The notes under the pieces are model-generated. The model was given only the letters and a program-made list of their open reading frames with translations. It did no database searches and was not told the origin of the DNA. From an uncultured Verrucomicrobiota bacterium (GTDB lineage Bacteria > Verrucomicrobiota > Verrucomicrobiia > Limisphaerales > UBA9464), in assembly GCA_903939515.1 (NCBI GenBank), contig CAJAHH010000086.1, positions 9,112 to 73,111 of the forward strand: a stretch of 64,000 nucleotides of DNA. Reading direction: 5' to 3'. This document shows, piece after piece, positions 7,987-16,564 of the stretch; positions within the stretch are counted from its first letter, which is position 1, and the number at the start of each line of letters is the position of its first letter. The position numbers were made by a program, and so were the translations under genes.

Positions 7987-9297
7987 TCAAGGCTGAGCTC
8001 CAGGGATCCGAGGGGCCGGGTCCTTCCGAGAGGCAGTCCTCAACACCGAGATCCGCAGCGTAGCCATGTTCCGCAAGATTTGAAATGGAACAGCGTTGGC
8101 GTTGGTGTTGGAACCGCCGGACTGGTTGGCCGGTGCATCCACGATTTGCTGGTAGGTCTTGATCGCTTCTTCAACTTGGCCCAAACGCTCTTCGCACAAA
8201 CCCACTTGGTACTGGAAGGACTGCCGGGTTTGACCCTCTGCGTTGGACTTCGCCAATGCGCGGTAAAGGGACACCGAAGAAAGGTAGTCGCCCTCCAAGT
8301 AGAACTGGTTGGCCAACTCGTTTCCGACGCGGAGTTTCCATGGCATCCACCGCGTTAACCGATCGGGGGCCGCCAACTCTACGGCCTCTAGCAAAAGCTG
8401 GAACTGCTCCAAAGCCGCGTCACGTTTCTTCTGCTGTTTCAGAGAGTGGGCCAAAAAATATCGAGCCTCGGGAATGTAATCGGAGTCAGGAAAATCTTCG
8501 AGAAACCCCATGGCCTGCCGCTCCAAGACACCGTCAGCCGCCGATTCTCGCAGCGAGCGCAATTGCTTGATCCGAACGGTCTCGACCTCGAGTTCTTCCG
8601 ATTTGGTTTGAAGCATACGCCCGTAGAGCTCAGCCGCTTCGGCATGACGCCCGAGATCGGAACAGGTGTCAGCGATAGCCGATTGCGCCATCATTACCAG
8701 ACGCCGCGAATAGGCGATGTTCCGACCTTCAATCCTCGGTACCGACCGCAACACGAGGTAAAATTTCTCAATCGCCTCATCCTTCAAGTCGAGCCTTCGC
8801 AGCAAGTACCCTTGTCGCAACAAGACCTCTGGAACCGCCGGGTCTCGGGAATAGCGCTCGACGTATTCAGCCAACAGTTGCAGAGCCCGTTCCAGATGCC
8901 CGCCAGCCTGGTCCTTTTCAGCCGCCAACTCGCGTTGATGGGCCAACTCCAGAAGAGTGAGTTTCCGGGTGTCCTCCTTGATACGTTCCGAGGCATCAGA
9001 ATTGAGTACCGCTTCGACCGTTCGACTAAACTCCTCTAAATAGTTGGTCCGTGGCCCCATCCCCCGCAGTTTTTGAAAGCGCGCTTCCGCTGCCTTATTT
9101 TGATCCAACAAGTAGTTCGTGTTGGTCTTAAACTGCAAATTTTCGGTAGGCAAGGCGCCCAACCGGGGATCCAACCCATACTCCACGGCTACCGCTGCTG
9201 CCTTCGGAGGCTCCACTTCTCCCACTGGAGTCTGGGAGTCCGCTAAGGCCACCACTGCGAAGATCGCAGCAGTCAGAAATCGTTTAACGCAATTCAT
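7987..9297 (-). CDS. Exported tetratricopeptide-repeat (TPR) protein
   Basis: The signal peptide is MNCVKRFLTAAIFAVVALA-DSQ. Multiple TPR-like helical pairs follow (AELYGRMLQ, YFLAHSLKQQKKRDAALEQFQLLLE, GDYLSSVSLYRALAK, GLCEERLGQVEEAIKTYQQIV). Confidence 0.75.
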   Translation of the reverse strand: MNCVKRFLTAAIFAVVALADSQTPVGEVEPPKAAAVAVEYGLDPRLGALPTENLQFKTNTNYLLDQNKAAEARFQKLRGMGPRTNYLEEFSRTVEAVLNSDASERIKEDTRKLTLLELAHQRELAAEKDQAGGHLERALQLLAEYVERYSRDPAVPEVLLRQGYLLRRLDLKDEAIEKFYLVLRSVPRIEGRNIAYSRRLVMMAQSAIADTCSDLGRHAEAAELYGRMLQTKSEELEVETVRIKQLRSLRESAADGVLERQAMGFLEDFPDSDYIPEARYFLAHSLKQQKKRDAALEQFQLLLEAVELAAPDRLTRWMPWKLRVGNELANQFYLEGDYLSSVSLYRALAKSNAEGQTRQSFQYQVGLCEERLGQVEEAIKTYQQIVDAPANQSGGSNTNANAVPFQILRNMATLRISVLRTASRKDPAPRIPGAQP

Positions 9298-9850
9298 AAG
9301 TAGCCCTTCCTGTGCTCCGCACCGGGGACTCCCCGGAAGACACCCGCAACGGCAGAACGATATTCACAGGCACTCCTGAAGTGCCTGCCATTCCCGCTGC
9401 ACCATTAGTCAAATTGAGTTGGGTGAAAAAATACCGGAGCAATTGCCGCGATTTTTCCGGGTCGTCACCAACGCCGGCCGGAACAGGATCTACAGGAGCC
9501 GACACGGGGGAGGCCATCTGAAGATTGAACGATTCACTGGTATCCGCGCGAACGGTGAAATTGGTCCGATGCATGGCGGAGGTTGTCTTCAATTCAGATA
9601 GAAACTCCGCCGTGAATTGAGGCTCAGGAATGTAGGTCTGAGGCAGCGGTGCCAATGGCGGGACGGGCGGTTTTGGAGGAGTCTCCACTCGGATCTTTCC
9701 AAGATCTCGCTCCACTCGACTCAGATATCCTGCGGGTTCAGCACCCTCCACACTCAGATCTAGAAGCACGGCGACGGCTGCGAGTGCGATAGGAAAAGTG
9801 AGGACTTTCATGAAAGAGGCCATTGGCTGGGGGGGAGTCGGAGTCTTCAT
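9284..9850 (-). CDS. Hypothetical exported proline-rich protein
   Basis: There is a hydrophobic leader (MKVLTFPIALAAVAVLL) and a PPKPPVPPLAPLP tract. The start overlaps the upstream stop (ATGA at 9847-9850), and the 3' end overlaps the next gene by 14 nt. I recognised no family. Confidence 0.55.
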   Translation of the reverse strand: MKTPTPPQPMASFMKVLTFPIALAAVAVLLDLSVEGAEPAGYLSRVERDLGKIRVETPPKPPVPPLAPLPQTYIPEPQFTAEFLSELKTTSAMHRTNFTVRADTSESFNLQMASPVSAPVDPVPAGVGDDPEKSRQLLRYFFTQLNLTNGAAGMAGTSGVPVNIVLPLRVSSGESPVRSTGRATYELR

Positions 9851-10608
9851 TGGGTGCTTGAAGAGAGGCTAGTTTCGTCATCGCGCGAGGCTGCATCGGC
9901 CGGAGCATCGTGCTGAGAGACCACCGCTCGAGTGACCATGTAATCCTCTTCCGAGAGAGGCTTGCGCCAGTCATCAACATCAAAATCATCCACCGATTGA
10001 ACCCATTCCTGAAGTTGGATTAGGCGCATTTGGCGAGCCATCCGGTCACAATCGGGCATTCCCAAAAGCGTGTAGTGCTCCTTCCAGTGCTTGAACAATG
10101 GGCTCGCCGGATTGGTGGTGATCAGAAACACCCCTTTGTCGGAAGTGAGCCTCAAGGCCGTGTCCATGGGGTGACGATGCCAAAACCGGCAGACGTTGGC
10201 CGTGGCTAAGGCAGTGCCGCCATGCCAGATGGACGGTGAGCGAGCCGACAAAGCCGACCGAAGTACCGATGAAACCAAGTCATTCACCGACCAGCCATCT
10301 GTGTGGCATTGTTGAGCAACCAGCCGTCGAAGCTCGGTGCCCAGACGAATCTTGAGCTCTTCGCCCTCGAGCGAAGCCGGACGCCGCACTGCTTTACCTT
10401 TTCGGGGTTTCCGCTCGGAAGCGGCCTCCGAGTCCTCCGCCGTGGGAACACTAGGTTCGGCAGTCGTGGTTTCCCCAGATGTTTCCTGCTCCGAAGTGGA
10501 TACCTCATCCAACAGCCCGCGCACGCGGGTCCGCTCCCGGTCAATAACCTCGGTGCGCAAGGCCCGAAGCTGTTCCAAGGGGTTAATCTCTTCGGAGGGC
10601 GACGCCAT
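9847..10608 (-). CDS. Hypothetical acidic protein with a possible ribbon-helix-helix segment
   Basis: The N-terminus is acidic and Ser/Thr-rich. LKIRLGTELRRLVAQQCHTDGWSVNDLVSSVLRSAL then has the strand-helix-helix spacing of CopG/Arc-type RHH folds. The start lies 2 nt after the upstream stop. Confidence 0.55.
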   Translation of the reverse strand: MASPSEEINPLEQLRALRTEVIDRERTRVRGLLDEVSTSEQETSGETTTAEPSVPTAEDSEAASERKPRKGKAVRRPASLEGEELKIRLGTELRRLVAQQCHTDGWSVNDLVSSVLRSALSARSPSIWHGGTALATANVCRFWHRHPMDTALRLTSDKGVFLITTNPASPLFKHWKEHYTLLGMPDCDRMARQMRLIQLQEWVQSVDDFDVDDWRKPLSEEDYMVTRAVVSQHDAPADAASRDDETSLSSSTQ

Positions 10609-10610
10609 GA

Positions 10611-12413
10611 TCAGGAAACTGGGGTCCGTTCGATCCCTTTGAGTGCCGTCGGATGACCGGGTTGAATGGCCAGAACCGTTTGGAAAATCGAACGGGCTTC
10701 ATTGAACTTTCCACTCTGCAAACTGGCCAAACCCAACCGAATGAGGTCGTCGGGAAGCCAACTATTGCTGCGCAGCGAGGCTGCATAGCTCGTGCACGCC
10801 TGCTCTGGCGAGGATTCCAACTGCAAGTCCCCCTTCAAACGCCATCCGGCTCCATGTTCCGGATGCTCGACCACAACCTGCTCCAGCACGGCCAACGCCT
10901 CGGATTCCCTCTGGCTATCGCGATAAGCCATCGCCAGTCGCACTTGGGTATCGGGCAATCCGGGAGCCAAACGGACGGCATGAGACAAGTCACGCGTGCC
11001 ACCCAGAGCATCGCCACTCAGGTACCGAAGGGAACCGATCGAATCCCAGATCTCCGACCACTCTGGGCGCAGTGCGGCCAATGCCTCCAAACGACCCAAA
11101 GCCTCCCGAATCTGCCCATTGGCCTGGAGTTCTCCTGCTCGGTCTAGCTCAGAACGGACATGCGAATCCACCTGAGCCATGGCCGCTGCCCGTTGCTGCT
11201 CTCGGGCCACTGACAAGTTCTGCTTCAGTTGAGCATTTTCGGGCTGCATCACTGCAGCCGCTTCCAAGCTGGTTACCGCATCATCCCAACGGCCCAGATG
11301 GAACGCACAAATACCCCGGGAAAGCAGCAAACTGAAGTCGCCCGGATTCCGGTCGAGCAAGCGCTGGATTAACCAACGACCTTCCTCATACCGTCCCTCT
11401 CTTAAAGAAAAATCAGCCTCCAAGCGACGCGCTTCATCAAAGCCCGGATCCAATGCAAAAACTCCATCCAGTGCACTGACCGCACCCCGCTTGTCCCCGG
11501 ATTCGAAGAGAACCAACGCCAACCAAGTCCCGATCGAAGGGTCCCAGGGATTGGATCGGAAGAGTTCCTCTAGATGCGGACGAGCCATCTTGGTCCACCG
11601 CTGTTCCAATAGGACAGACACCAGAGAACGCCTCAGTGAATCGTCCCTCGGACGAATACGAAGCACTTCAGTCCAGGCCCAACAGGCCAGACTTGGATGG
11701 CCGGATTTATAATCCGCATCCGCCTCAGCGAGCAGTGCTGACACATCATCAACTCCTCCGCGGCGGCCCATGCGTTGGCGGGCGACACCGAGATTTTCAC
11801 GCGCCACTTCCCCGCCTCCGTGCGCCACTTGGACCCGCGCAAACGTCTCTGCCGCCATGTTCCATTGCCCACCTTGCGCCAGACAAACCCCCAGAGCGGT
11901 CAGCACATCAGCATCGGCGCAGCCCGCGTCCACCAAGCGCACGTAAAACTGTCCAGCCTCGGCGTAAAGTTGGTTATCAAAGGCCACCCGTGCCCGCCAG
12001 CGCAGTGCATCGGGTTGCTGGGGATCGATCGCTAACACCTTCTCGGTCTCCGACTGAAATTCATCCAGCCGCCCCATCTTCAGGCTGGCGATCGCCGAAA
12101 GTATTCGCCCCTCCAGATATTCTGGCTGTTGATCCAGTAACTGCTGAAACCGCTGTTTGGCTTCCCAGTGCTTTCCCTCATCCATGAGAAGGCTTCCCAG
12201 AGTTCGCAGCACGAACAAGGAGTTGGGCTCCACGGTCAACGCCTGCTCCAGATCTTGGATTGCGCCTAAACGATCCCCAGAAGCCGCCTTAGCCTCAGCT
12301 TGGTCCACCCAGCGCTTGGACTGAGCCCCCGTAGGTTCGGTGGCACCCGGCGGCACAGCGCCCGAGTCTTCAGCCAGCATCTGGCGACCCATTTCCTGAG
12401 GATTGGTAATCAT
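10611..12413 (-). CDS. Cytoplasmic TPR-repeat protein (about 600 aa)
   Basis: TPR-like units run throughout (AIQDLEQALTVEPNS, WEAKQRFQQLLDQQPEY, EKVLAIDPQQPDAL, ALGRLEALAALRPEW, ARSIFQTVLAIQPGHP), and there is no signal peptide. I prefer the ATG at 12413 (MITNPQEMG). The track start at 12617 would overlap flgF and the promoter region. Confidence 0.75.
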   Translation of the reverse strand: MITNPQEMGRQMLAEDSGAVPPGATEPTGAQSKRWVDQAEAKAASGDRLGAIQDLEQALTVEPNSLFVLRTLGSLLMDEGKHWEAKQRFQQLLDQQPEYLEGRILSAIASLKMGRLDEFQSETEKVLAIDPQQPDALRWRARVAFDNQLYAEAGQFYVRLVDAGCADADVLTALGVCLAQGGQWNMAAETFARVQVAHGGGEVARENLGVARQRMGRRGGVDDVSALLAEADADYKSGHPSLACWAWTEVLRIRPRDDSLRRSLVSVLLEQRWTKMARPHLEELFRSNPWDPSIGTWLALVLFESGDKRGAVSALDGVFALDPGFDEARRLEADFSLREGRYEEGRWLIQRLLDRNPGDFSLLLSRGICAFHLGRWDDAVTSLEAAAVMQPENAQLKQNLSVAREQQRAAAMAQVDSHVRSELDRAGELQANGQIREALGRLEALAALRPEWSEIWDSIGSLRYLSGDALGGTRDLSHAVRLAPGLPDTQVRLAMAYRDSQRESEALAVLEQVVVEHPEHGAGWRLKGDLQLESSPEQACTSYAASLRSNSWLPDDLIRLGLASLQSGKFNEARSIFQTVLAIQPGHPTALKGIERTPVS

Positions 12414-12469
12414 TGTTAAAGTAAGAGCACCAATTTTAGACGGATCTAAATTCTGCCCCGGCAAAACGC

Positions 12470-12485
12470 AGCACCTTATATGCCA
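12470..12485 (-). promoter_or_regulatory. Candidate sigma-54 (-24/-12) promoter for the minus-strand nine-gene array
   Basis: The minus strand reads TGGCAT-ataag-GTGCT, with GG and GC separated by exactly 10 nt as in the TGGCAC-N5-TTGC consensus. It lies about 57 nt upstream of the ATG at 12413. Confidence 0.4.
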
Positions 12486-12501
12486 GTCACCAGCATATTG
12501 A

Positions 12502-12517
12502 TGGCACACCGAGTGCT
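12502..12517 (+). promoter_or_regulatory. Candidate sigma-54 (-24/-12) promoter for the flgF operon
   Basis: The plus strand reads TGGCAC-accga-GTGCT with correct GG-N10-GC spacing. The -12 GC (12515-12516) lies only about 15 nt before the flgF ATG (12531), which implies a very short or absent leader. Confidence 0.45.
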
Positions 12518-12530
12518 GCGATAGCTCGGG

Positions 12531-13277
12531 ATGAACATCGCGCTCCATCAAGCAGCAGCGGCCATGACGGCCAACATGCAGTGGCATGATTTGGTGGCGC
12601 AAAACCTTTCTGGGCAATCCTCTCCGGGATATCGCGCTCAGGTGGGTGGCTTTGAAGAGTTCCGCATCCCCGGTTCACCCAATCCCTCGCCCTCCAATTC
12701 TCAAGTGGGCAGCGCCTATCCCATGTTGCGGGCTGGGCTGAATCGAAACCAAGGAGCTCTTCAACCCACAGGCTCCATGACCGATCTAGGCTTGGAGGGA
12801 CCTGGGTTCTTCGCGGTTCAGGCTCCTGGCGGCGGGCGCGCCTTCACTCGAGATGGTCAGTTCCATGTCGACCGACAAGGAGCCCTCATGACGAAGGAAG
12901 GTTATCCGGTCCTCGGAGACACCGGCCCCGTTCGCGTCGATACTCAAGCCGGAGCGGTGTCGTTTGGGCCCCGCGGTGAAATTTCCCAAGGCGGAGTCGT
13001 TCGAGGACAAGTTCAACTGGTTGAAGTGGCGGACCCCTCCCAACTCCAGCATCTCAGCGGGAGCTACTACCGTCTTCCCGCGAATTTGAAAACAACTCCG
13101 GCAACCGGAACCACCGTGCAAACGGGATTCTTGGAGGGAGCCAACACCTCTTCTGTCCAGGAAATGGGCAACATGCTCTTGGCTATGCGTCATTTCGAAG
13201 CCAACCAGCGCGCCCTCCAGGTGGCCGATGAGCGGATGGGCCGATCTATCCAGGAACTCGGAACGCCGCCCCAATAG
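12531..13277 (+). CDS. flgF: Flagellar basal-body rod protein FlgF
   Basis: The rod-protein N-terminal segment is MNIALHQAAAAMTANMQWHDLVAQNLSGQSSPGYR and the C-terminal segment is LEGANTSSVQEMGNMLLAMRHFEANQRAL. It is first in the flgF-G-A-H-I order. Confidence 0.85.
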   Translation: MNIALHQAAAAMTANMQWHDLVAQNLSGQSSPGYRAQVGGFEEFRIPGSPNPSPSNSQVGSAYPMLRAGLNRNQGALQPTGSMTDLGLEGPGFFAVQAPGGGRAFTRDGQFHVDRQGALMTKEGYPVLGDTGPVRVDTQAGAVSFGPRGEISQGGVVRGQVQLVEVADPSQLQHLSGSYYRLPANLKTTPATGTTVQTGFLEGANTSSVQEMGNMLLAMRHFEANQRALQVADERMGRSIQELGTPPQ

Positions 13278-13314
13278 CCCCTGATTTCACCGTAACTGAC
13301 TTTCTGAAACTCCC

Positions 13315-14094
13315 ATGATCCGAGCCCTCTACAGTTCCGCTTCCGGTCTGCAAGCACAGCAGAACAACCTGGATGTGATCGCCAACAACTTGGCGAACGT
13401 GAACACCACCGGTTTCAAGAAGAGCAAGATCGAGTTCCAAGACCTTCTCTACCAGGCCACCCGTATGGCTGGCTCGGAGCAAGGTGCGGGCAACGCGCTG
13501 CCGGCCGGTGTCGAAGTCGGACACGGGACACGAACCGTAGCCACGGCCCGGGTCTTCACAAATGGCGAAATGAGCCAGACCGGTGAGAAATTGGACTTAG
13601 CAATCATGGGTGATGGTTTCTTCGAGGTCTCATTGCCCGACGGAACCCGCGGCTACACCCGCGATGGTGGTTTCAAGACCTCCTCAGCGGGCACCGTCGT
13701 CACCAGTGACGGCTACAACGTGACCGGCTTCCCAGCCATCCCGGCCGGAACCACTGGAGTCACCATCGCCAACAATGGTCAGGTGTCCATCGCAACGGCC
13801 GGTGGAACGCAAACCAGCCGATTGCAGCTTACCCGCTTTCCTAACCCCTCGGGCCTGACCGCCATCGGCCGGAACGTCTACCGCGAAAGCGTTGCCTCCG
13901 GCGCTCCCGAGACCGGGCAACCGGGCGAAAATGGGTTCGGCGAGGTGAACCAGGGAAGCCTCGAGCTTTCGAACGTCAAAGTGGTCGAGGAAATGGTGAA
14001 CATGATCATCGCCCAGCGGGCCTACGAGGTGAACACCAAGGCCATCTCCGCCGCGGACGAGATGATGCAGCAGAGCAACAACCTCAAGCGTTGA
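13315..14094 (+). CDS. flgG: Flagellar distal rod protein FlgG
   Basis: MIRALYSSASGLQAQQNNLDVIANNLANVNTTGFKKSK at the N-terminus and LELSNVKVVEEMVNMIIAQRAYEVNTKAISAADEMMQ at the C-terminus. Confidence 0.92.
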   Translation: MIRALYSSASGLQAQQNNLDVIANNLANVNTTGFKKSKIEFQDLLYQATRMAGSEQGAGNALPAGVEVGHGTRTVATARVFTNGEMSQTGEKLDLAIMGDGFFEVSLPDGTRGYTRDGGFKTSSAGTVVTSDGYNVTGFPAIPAGTTGVTIANNGQVSIATAGGTQTSRLQLTRFPNPSGLTAIGRNVYRESVASGAPETGQPGENGFGEVNQGSLELSNVKVVEEMVNMIIAQRAYEVNTKAISAADEMMQQSNNLKR

Positions 14095-14828
14095 TGCCCA
14101 TCACCATGCAACGAACCCTCCTCCTAATTAGCTGCCTGCTGAGCGCTGTGTCATTGGCCTTGGCGGCCGATAACGCCGCTATCAGTACTCAGCATCCAAT
14201 GAGTGGGGAAGAACTGACAGGACTGCTGGAGAACTCCTTGCGAAACCTTTGGAAGATCCAAGATGGCACGCTGACTGTCGAATTTGAGCGAAACCTCCCC
14301 CCGATTTCCCTACCTCCCGGAGAGCCGTCCTTGCGATGGACGACACAAATCCAGCAGCCGAACCGTCGCATTTACCCCCAATTTGAAATCCGGGTCGATG
14401 GTCAGGTGGCCGCATCCCTGGCAATTCCCATCCGGGTCAAATGGATCCGGGAAGTCTGGGTGACCGATAGCCCCATACTCAGCCAGGCTGTTCTTTCGGC
14501 CGACTCTCTCCAAAAGCAGTCTCTCGATGTTTTGAGCCTCCCCGGATCGGCATGGTCTGGTGATCCGATTGCTGATGATTGGATGACGTCTTCCCCAATT
14601 CCGGCCGGAGGAGTTCTTATGGAACGGTCCCTGCGCCGCCGACCCGCGATCCGTCGAGGTGATACCATCTCCGCTCGCCTCGAAGATGGGGCTCTTTCGG
14701 TCGAATTTCAGGCCATTGCCCTCGAGGATGGCTTCAAAGGTGGGACGATGAAGCTTCGAAGCGCCCTAAAACCGGTAGAACTCAAAGGAAAGGTCATCAA
14801 TGAAACGATTGTTGTTGTTGTTCGTTAG
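14094..14828 (+). CDS. flgA: Flagellar P-ring assembly chaperone FlgA
   Basis: The signal peptide is MPITMQRTLLLISCLLSAVSLALA, and the C-terminal FlgA/SAF-type segment is RGDTISARLEDGALSVEFQAIALEDGFKGGTMKL. The ATG at 14094 overlaps the flgG stop (TGATG); the track start 14091 is TTG. Confidence 0.75.
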   Translation: MPITMQRTLLLISCLLSAVSLALAADNAAISTQHPMSGEELTGLLENSLRNLWKIQDGTLTVEFERNLPPISLPPGEPSLRWTTQIQQPNRRIYPQFEIRVDGQVAASLAIPIRVKWIREVWVTDSPILSQAVLSADSLQKQSLDVLSLPGSAWSGDPIADDWMTSSPIPAGGVLMERSLRRRPAIRRGDTISARLEDGALSVEFQAIALEDGFKGGTMKLRSALKPVELKGKVINETIVVVVR

Positions 14829-15408
14829 TCTCCTGTTCTGCACCGGTGGGCTGCCGGCTGATTCTCTGTGGACGGAAACCTCGATCTCGCCCTTGGCCGA
14901 TCGGAGGGCGTTGGCTGTGGGTGACTTGCTTTCGGTCATCGTTCAGGAAAACAACTCAGCCACCAAGAACCAGACCAAGAAGACACAGAAGGAATCGAGC
15001 ATTGATGCGAGCGTCAGCCAATTCCTCTTCAAGCCCGAGAACATGAAGTTCATGACCAAGGGCGGAATGTTTCCTGGCATGAACGCCTCCTCCAAAACCG
15101 ACTTTAACGGAGGCGGGCAGGTTCAAAATTCCGATTCCATTAATTCGCGGTTCACCGTCCGCGTGGTGGACGCTCTGCCCAATGGCAACCTGCTGATCGA
15201 GGGACGTCGCTCCACCTCCTTCTCAGGAGAGGGTCAAACCATAGTGCTACGCGGCACGGTTCGGCGGGTCGATGTGACTTCGGAAAATACGATCCTCAGC
15301 CACCAATTGGCCGATCTCACCCTGCGCTTCGACGGATCTGGTTCGGTCAACGACAGCCAAAAGCGCGGTTGGTTCGGCAAGGTGTGGGACAAGGTCAACC
15401 CGATGTGA
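14800..15408 (+). CDS. flgH: Flagellar L-ring lipoprotein FlgH
   Basis: The leader is MKRLLLLFVSLLFCTGG. Family segments are SLW, LADRRALAVGDLLSVIVQEN, FTVRVVDALPNGNLLIEGRR and LRGTVRRVDV. Confidence 0.88.
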   Translation: MKRLLLLFVSLLFCTGGLPADSLWTETSISPLADRRALAVGDLLSVIVQENNSATKNQTKKTQKESSIDASVSQFLFKPENMKFMTKGGMFPGMNASSKTDFNGGGQVQNSDSINSRFTVRVVDALPNGNLLIEGRRSTSFSGEGQTIVLRGTVRRVDVTSENTILSHQLADLTLRFDGSGSVNDSQKRGWFGKVWDKVNPM

Positions 15409-15411
15409 TCG

Positions 15412-16551
15412 ATGACTAACCCCAACCACTCCATTTTGAAAAACTTGATCCGACTCGGCACTCCTTGGGCCGTGGCTCTGTGGATGGCCATCATTCCAGT
15501 GTCCGCCCAACCTAACGGGGGTGTCCGCATTCGGGACATCGCATTCCTCCATGGAGCCCGAGGCAACCAACTCATGGGCTACGGTCTCGTTTCCGGTATC
15601 AACGGCGACGGCGACAAGAACCCCAACTACACCCAGCAGGCCATCGCCAACTTGATGCAGCGCTTCGGCTTGGTCGTTCCTCCTCCCCGAGTGACCTCGA
15701 AGAATGTGGCCGCCGTCATTGTCACCGCTGAAATCCCGCCCTTCTCGAAGTCAGGCTCGAAAATTGATGTTCTGATCAGCGCGATGGGTGATGCAAAGAC
15801 CCTTCAAGGCGGCGTTCTATTACAAACCCCTCTCATTGGCTCCGACGGCAAGGTCTATGCCGTGGCTCAAGGGGCCATCAGCATTGGCGGATTTTCAGCA
15901 AGCGGTGGCGGCAGCTCGGTCACCAAGAACCACCCCACTAGCGGACAGATTATCGGAGGCGGCATGGTTGAGAAAATGATCCCGGTAACACTGCTCCAGG
16001 AAAACACCATGCAACTGGTTCTCAACGATCCTGATTTCACCATGGCCGCTCGGACGGCTGAGGCCATCAATCGGAAGTTCCCAGACTCATCACGCGCCGT
16101 GGATGGCGGAACTCTGATGATTGAGTTGCCCGACCAATATCAGTCGCTGCCCATCGAATTCATCGCTCAAGTGCAGGCTCTGGAAGTCACGATGGACGTC
16201 CCGGCCCGCGTCATACTGAATGAGCGGACCGGAACCATTGTCGCCACCTCTCGGGTACGCGTGTCGAGTTGCGCCATTGCGCACGGCAGTTTGATCGTCT
16301 CCATCGCCCAGTCCGGCACGGTTTCCCAACCGAACCCACTGGCCCCCAACGGACAAACCGTCGTTGTTCCAAACACCGACGTGAATGTGACCGAAGCCAA
16401 AGGAGGACTCATTCCCTTCGCGGAGATGCCCACCGTAGAAAAGGTGGCCGCAGCCCTCAATTCAATCGGTGCTAGTCCGCGCGACATCGTTGCCATTTTC
16501 CAGTCGCTCAAGCAGGCGGGAGCACTTCAGGCAGAACTTCAGGTTCGATAA
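15412..16551 (+). CDS. flgI: Flagellar P-ring protein FlgI
   Basis: A signal peptide is followed by VRIRDIAFLHGARGNQLMGYGLVSGINGDGDK, TLQGGVLLQTPLIGSDGKVYAVAQG and ASPRDIVAIFQSLKQAGALQAEL. Confidence 0.92.
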   Translation: MTNPNHSILKNLIRLGTPWAVALWMAIIPVSAQPNGGVRIRDIAFLHGARGNQLMGYGLVSGINGDGDKNPNYTQQAIANLMQRFGLVVPPPRVTSKNVAAVIVTAEIPPFSKSGSKIDVLISAMGDAKTLQGGVLLQTPLIGSDGKVYAVAQGAISIGGFSASGGGSSVTKNHPTSGQIIGGGMVEKMIPVTLLQENTMQLVLNDPDFTMAARTAEAINRKFPDSSRAVDGGTLMIELPDQYQSLPIEFIAQVQALEVTMDVPARVILNERTGTIVATSRVRVSSCAIAHGSLIVSIAQSGTVSQPNPLAPNGQTVVVPNTDVNVTEAKGGLIPFAEMPTVEKVAAALNSIGASPRDIVAIFQSLKQAGALQAELQVR

Positions 16552-16564
16552 GTTTTTCAAGACT

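Noticed and set aside
14166-14173. GCCGATAA, identical to the sigma-28 (FliA) -10 consensus
   Set aside because: It lies inside the flgA signal-peptide coding region (encoding AADNA), and no TAAA -35 element sits 15 nt upstream (the sequence there is TGTG). This is likely a chance match.
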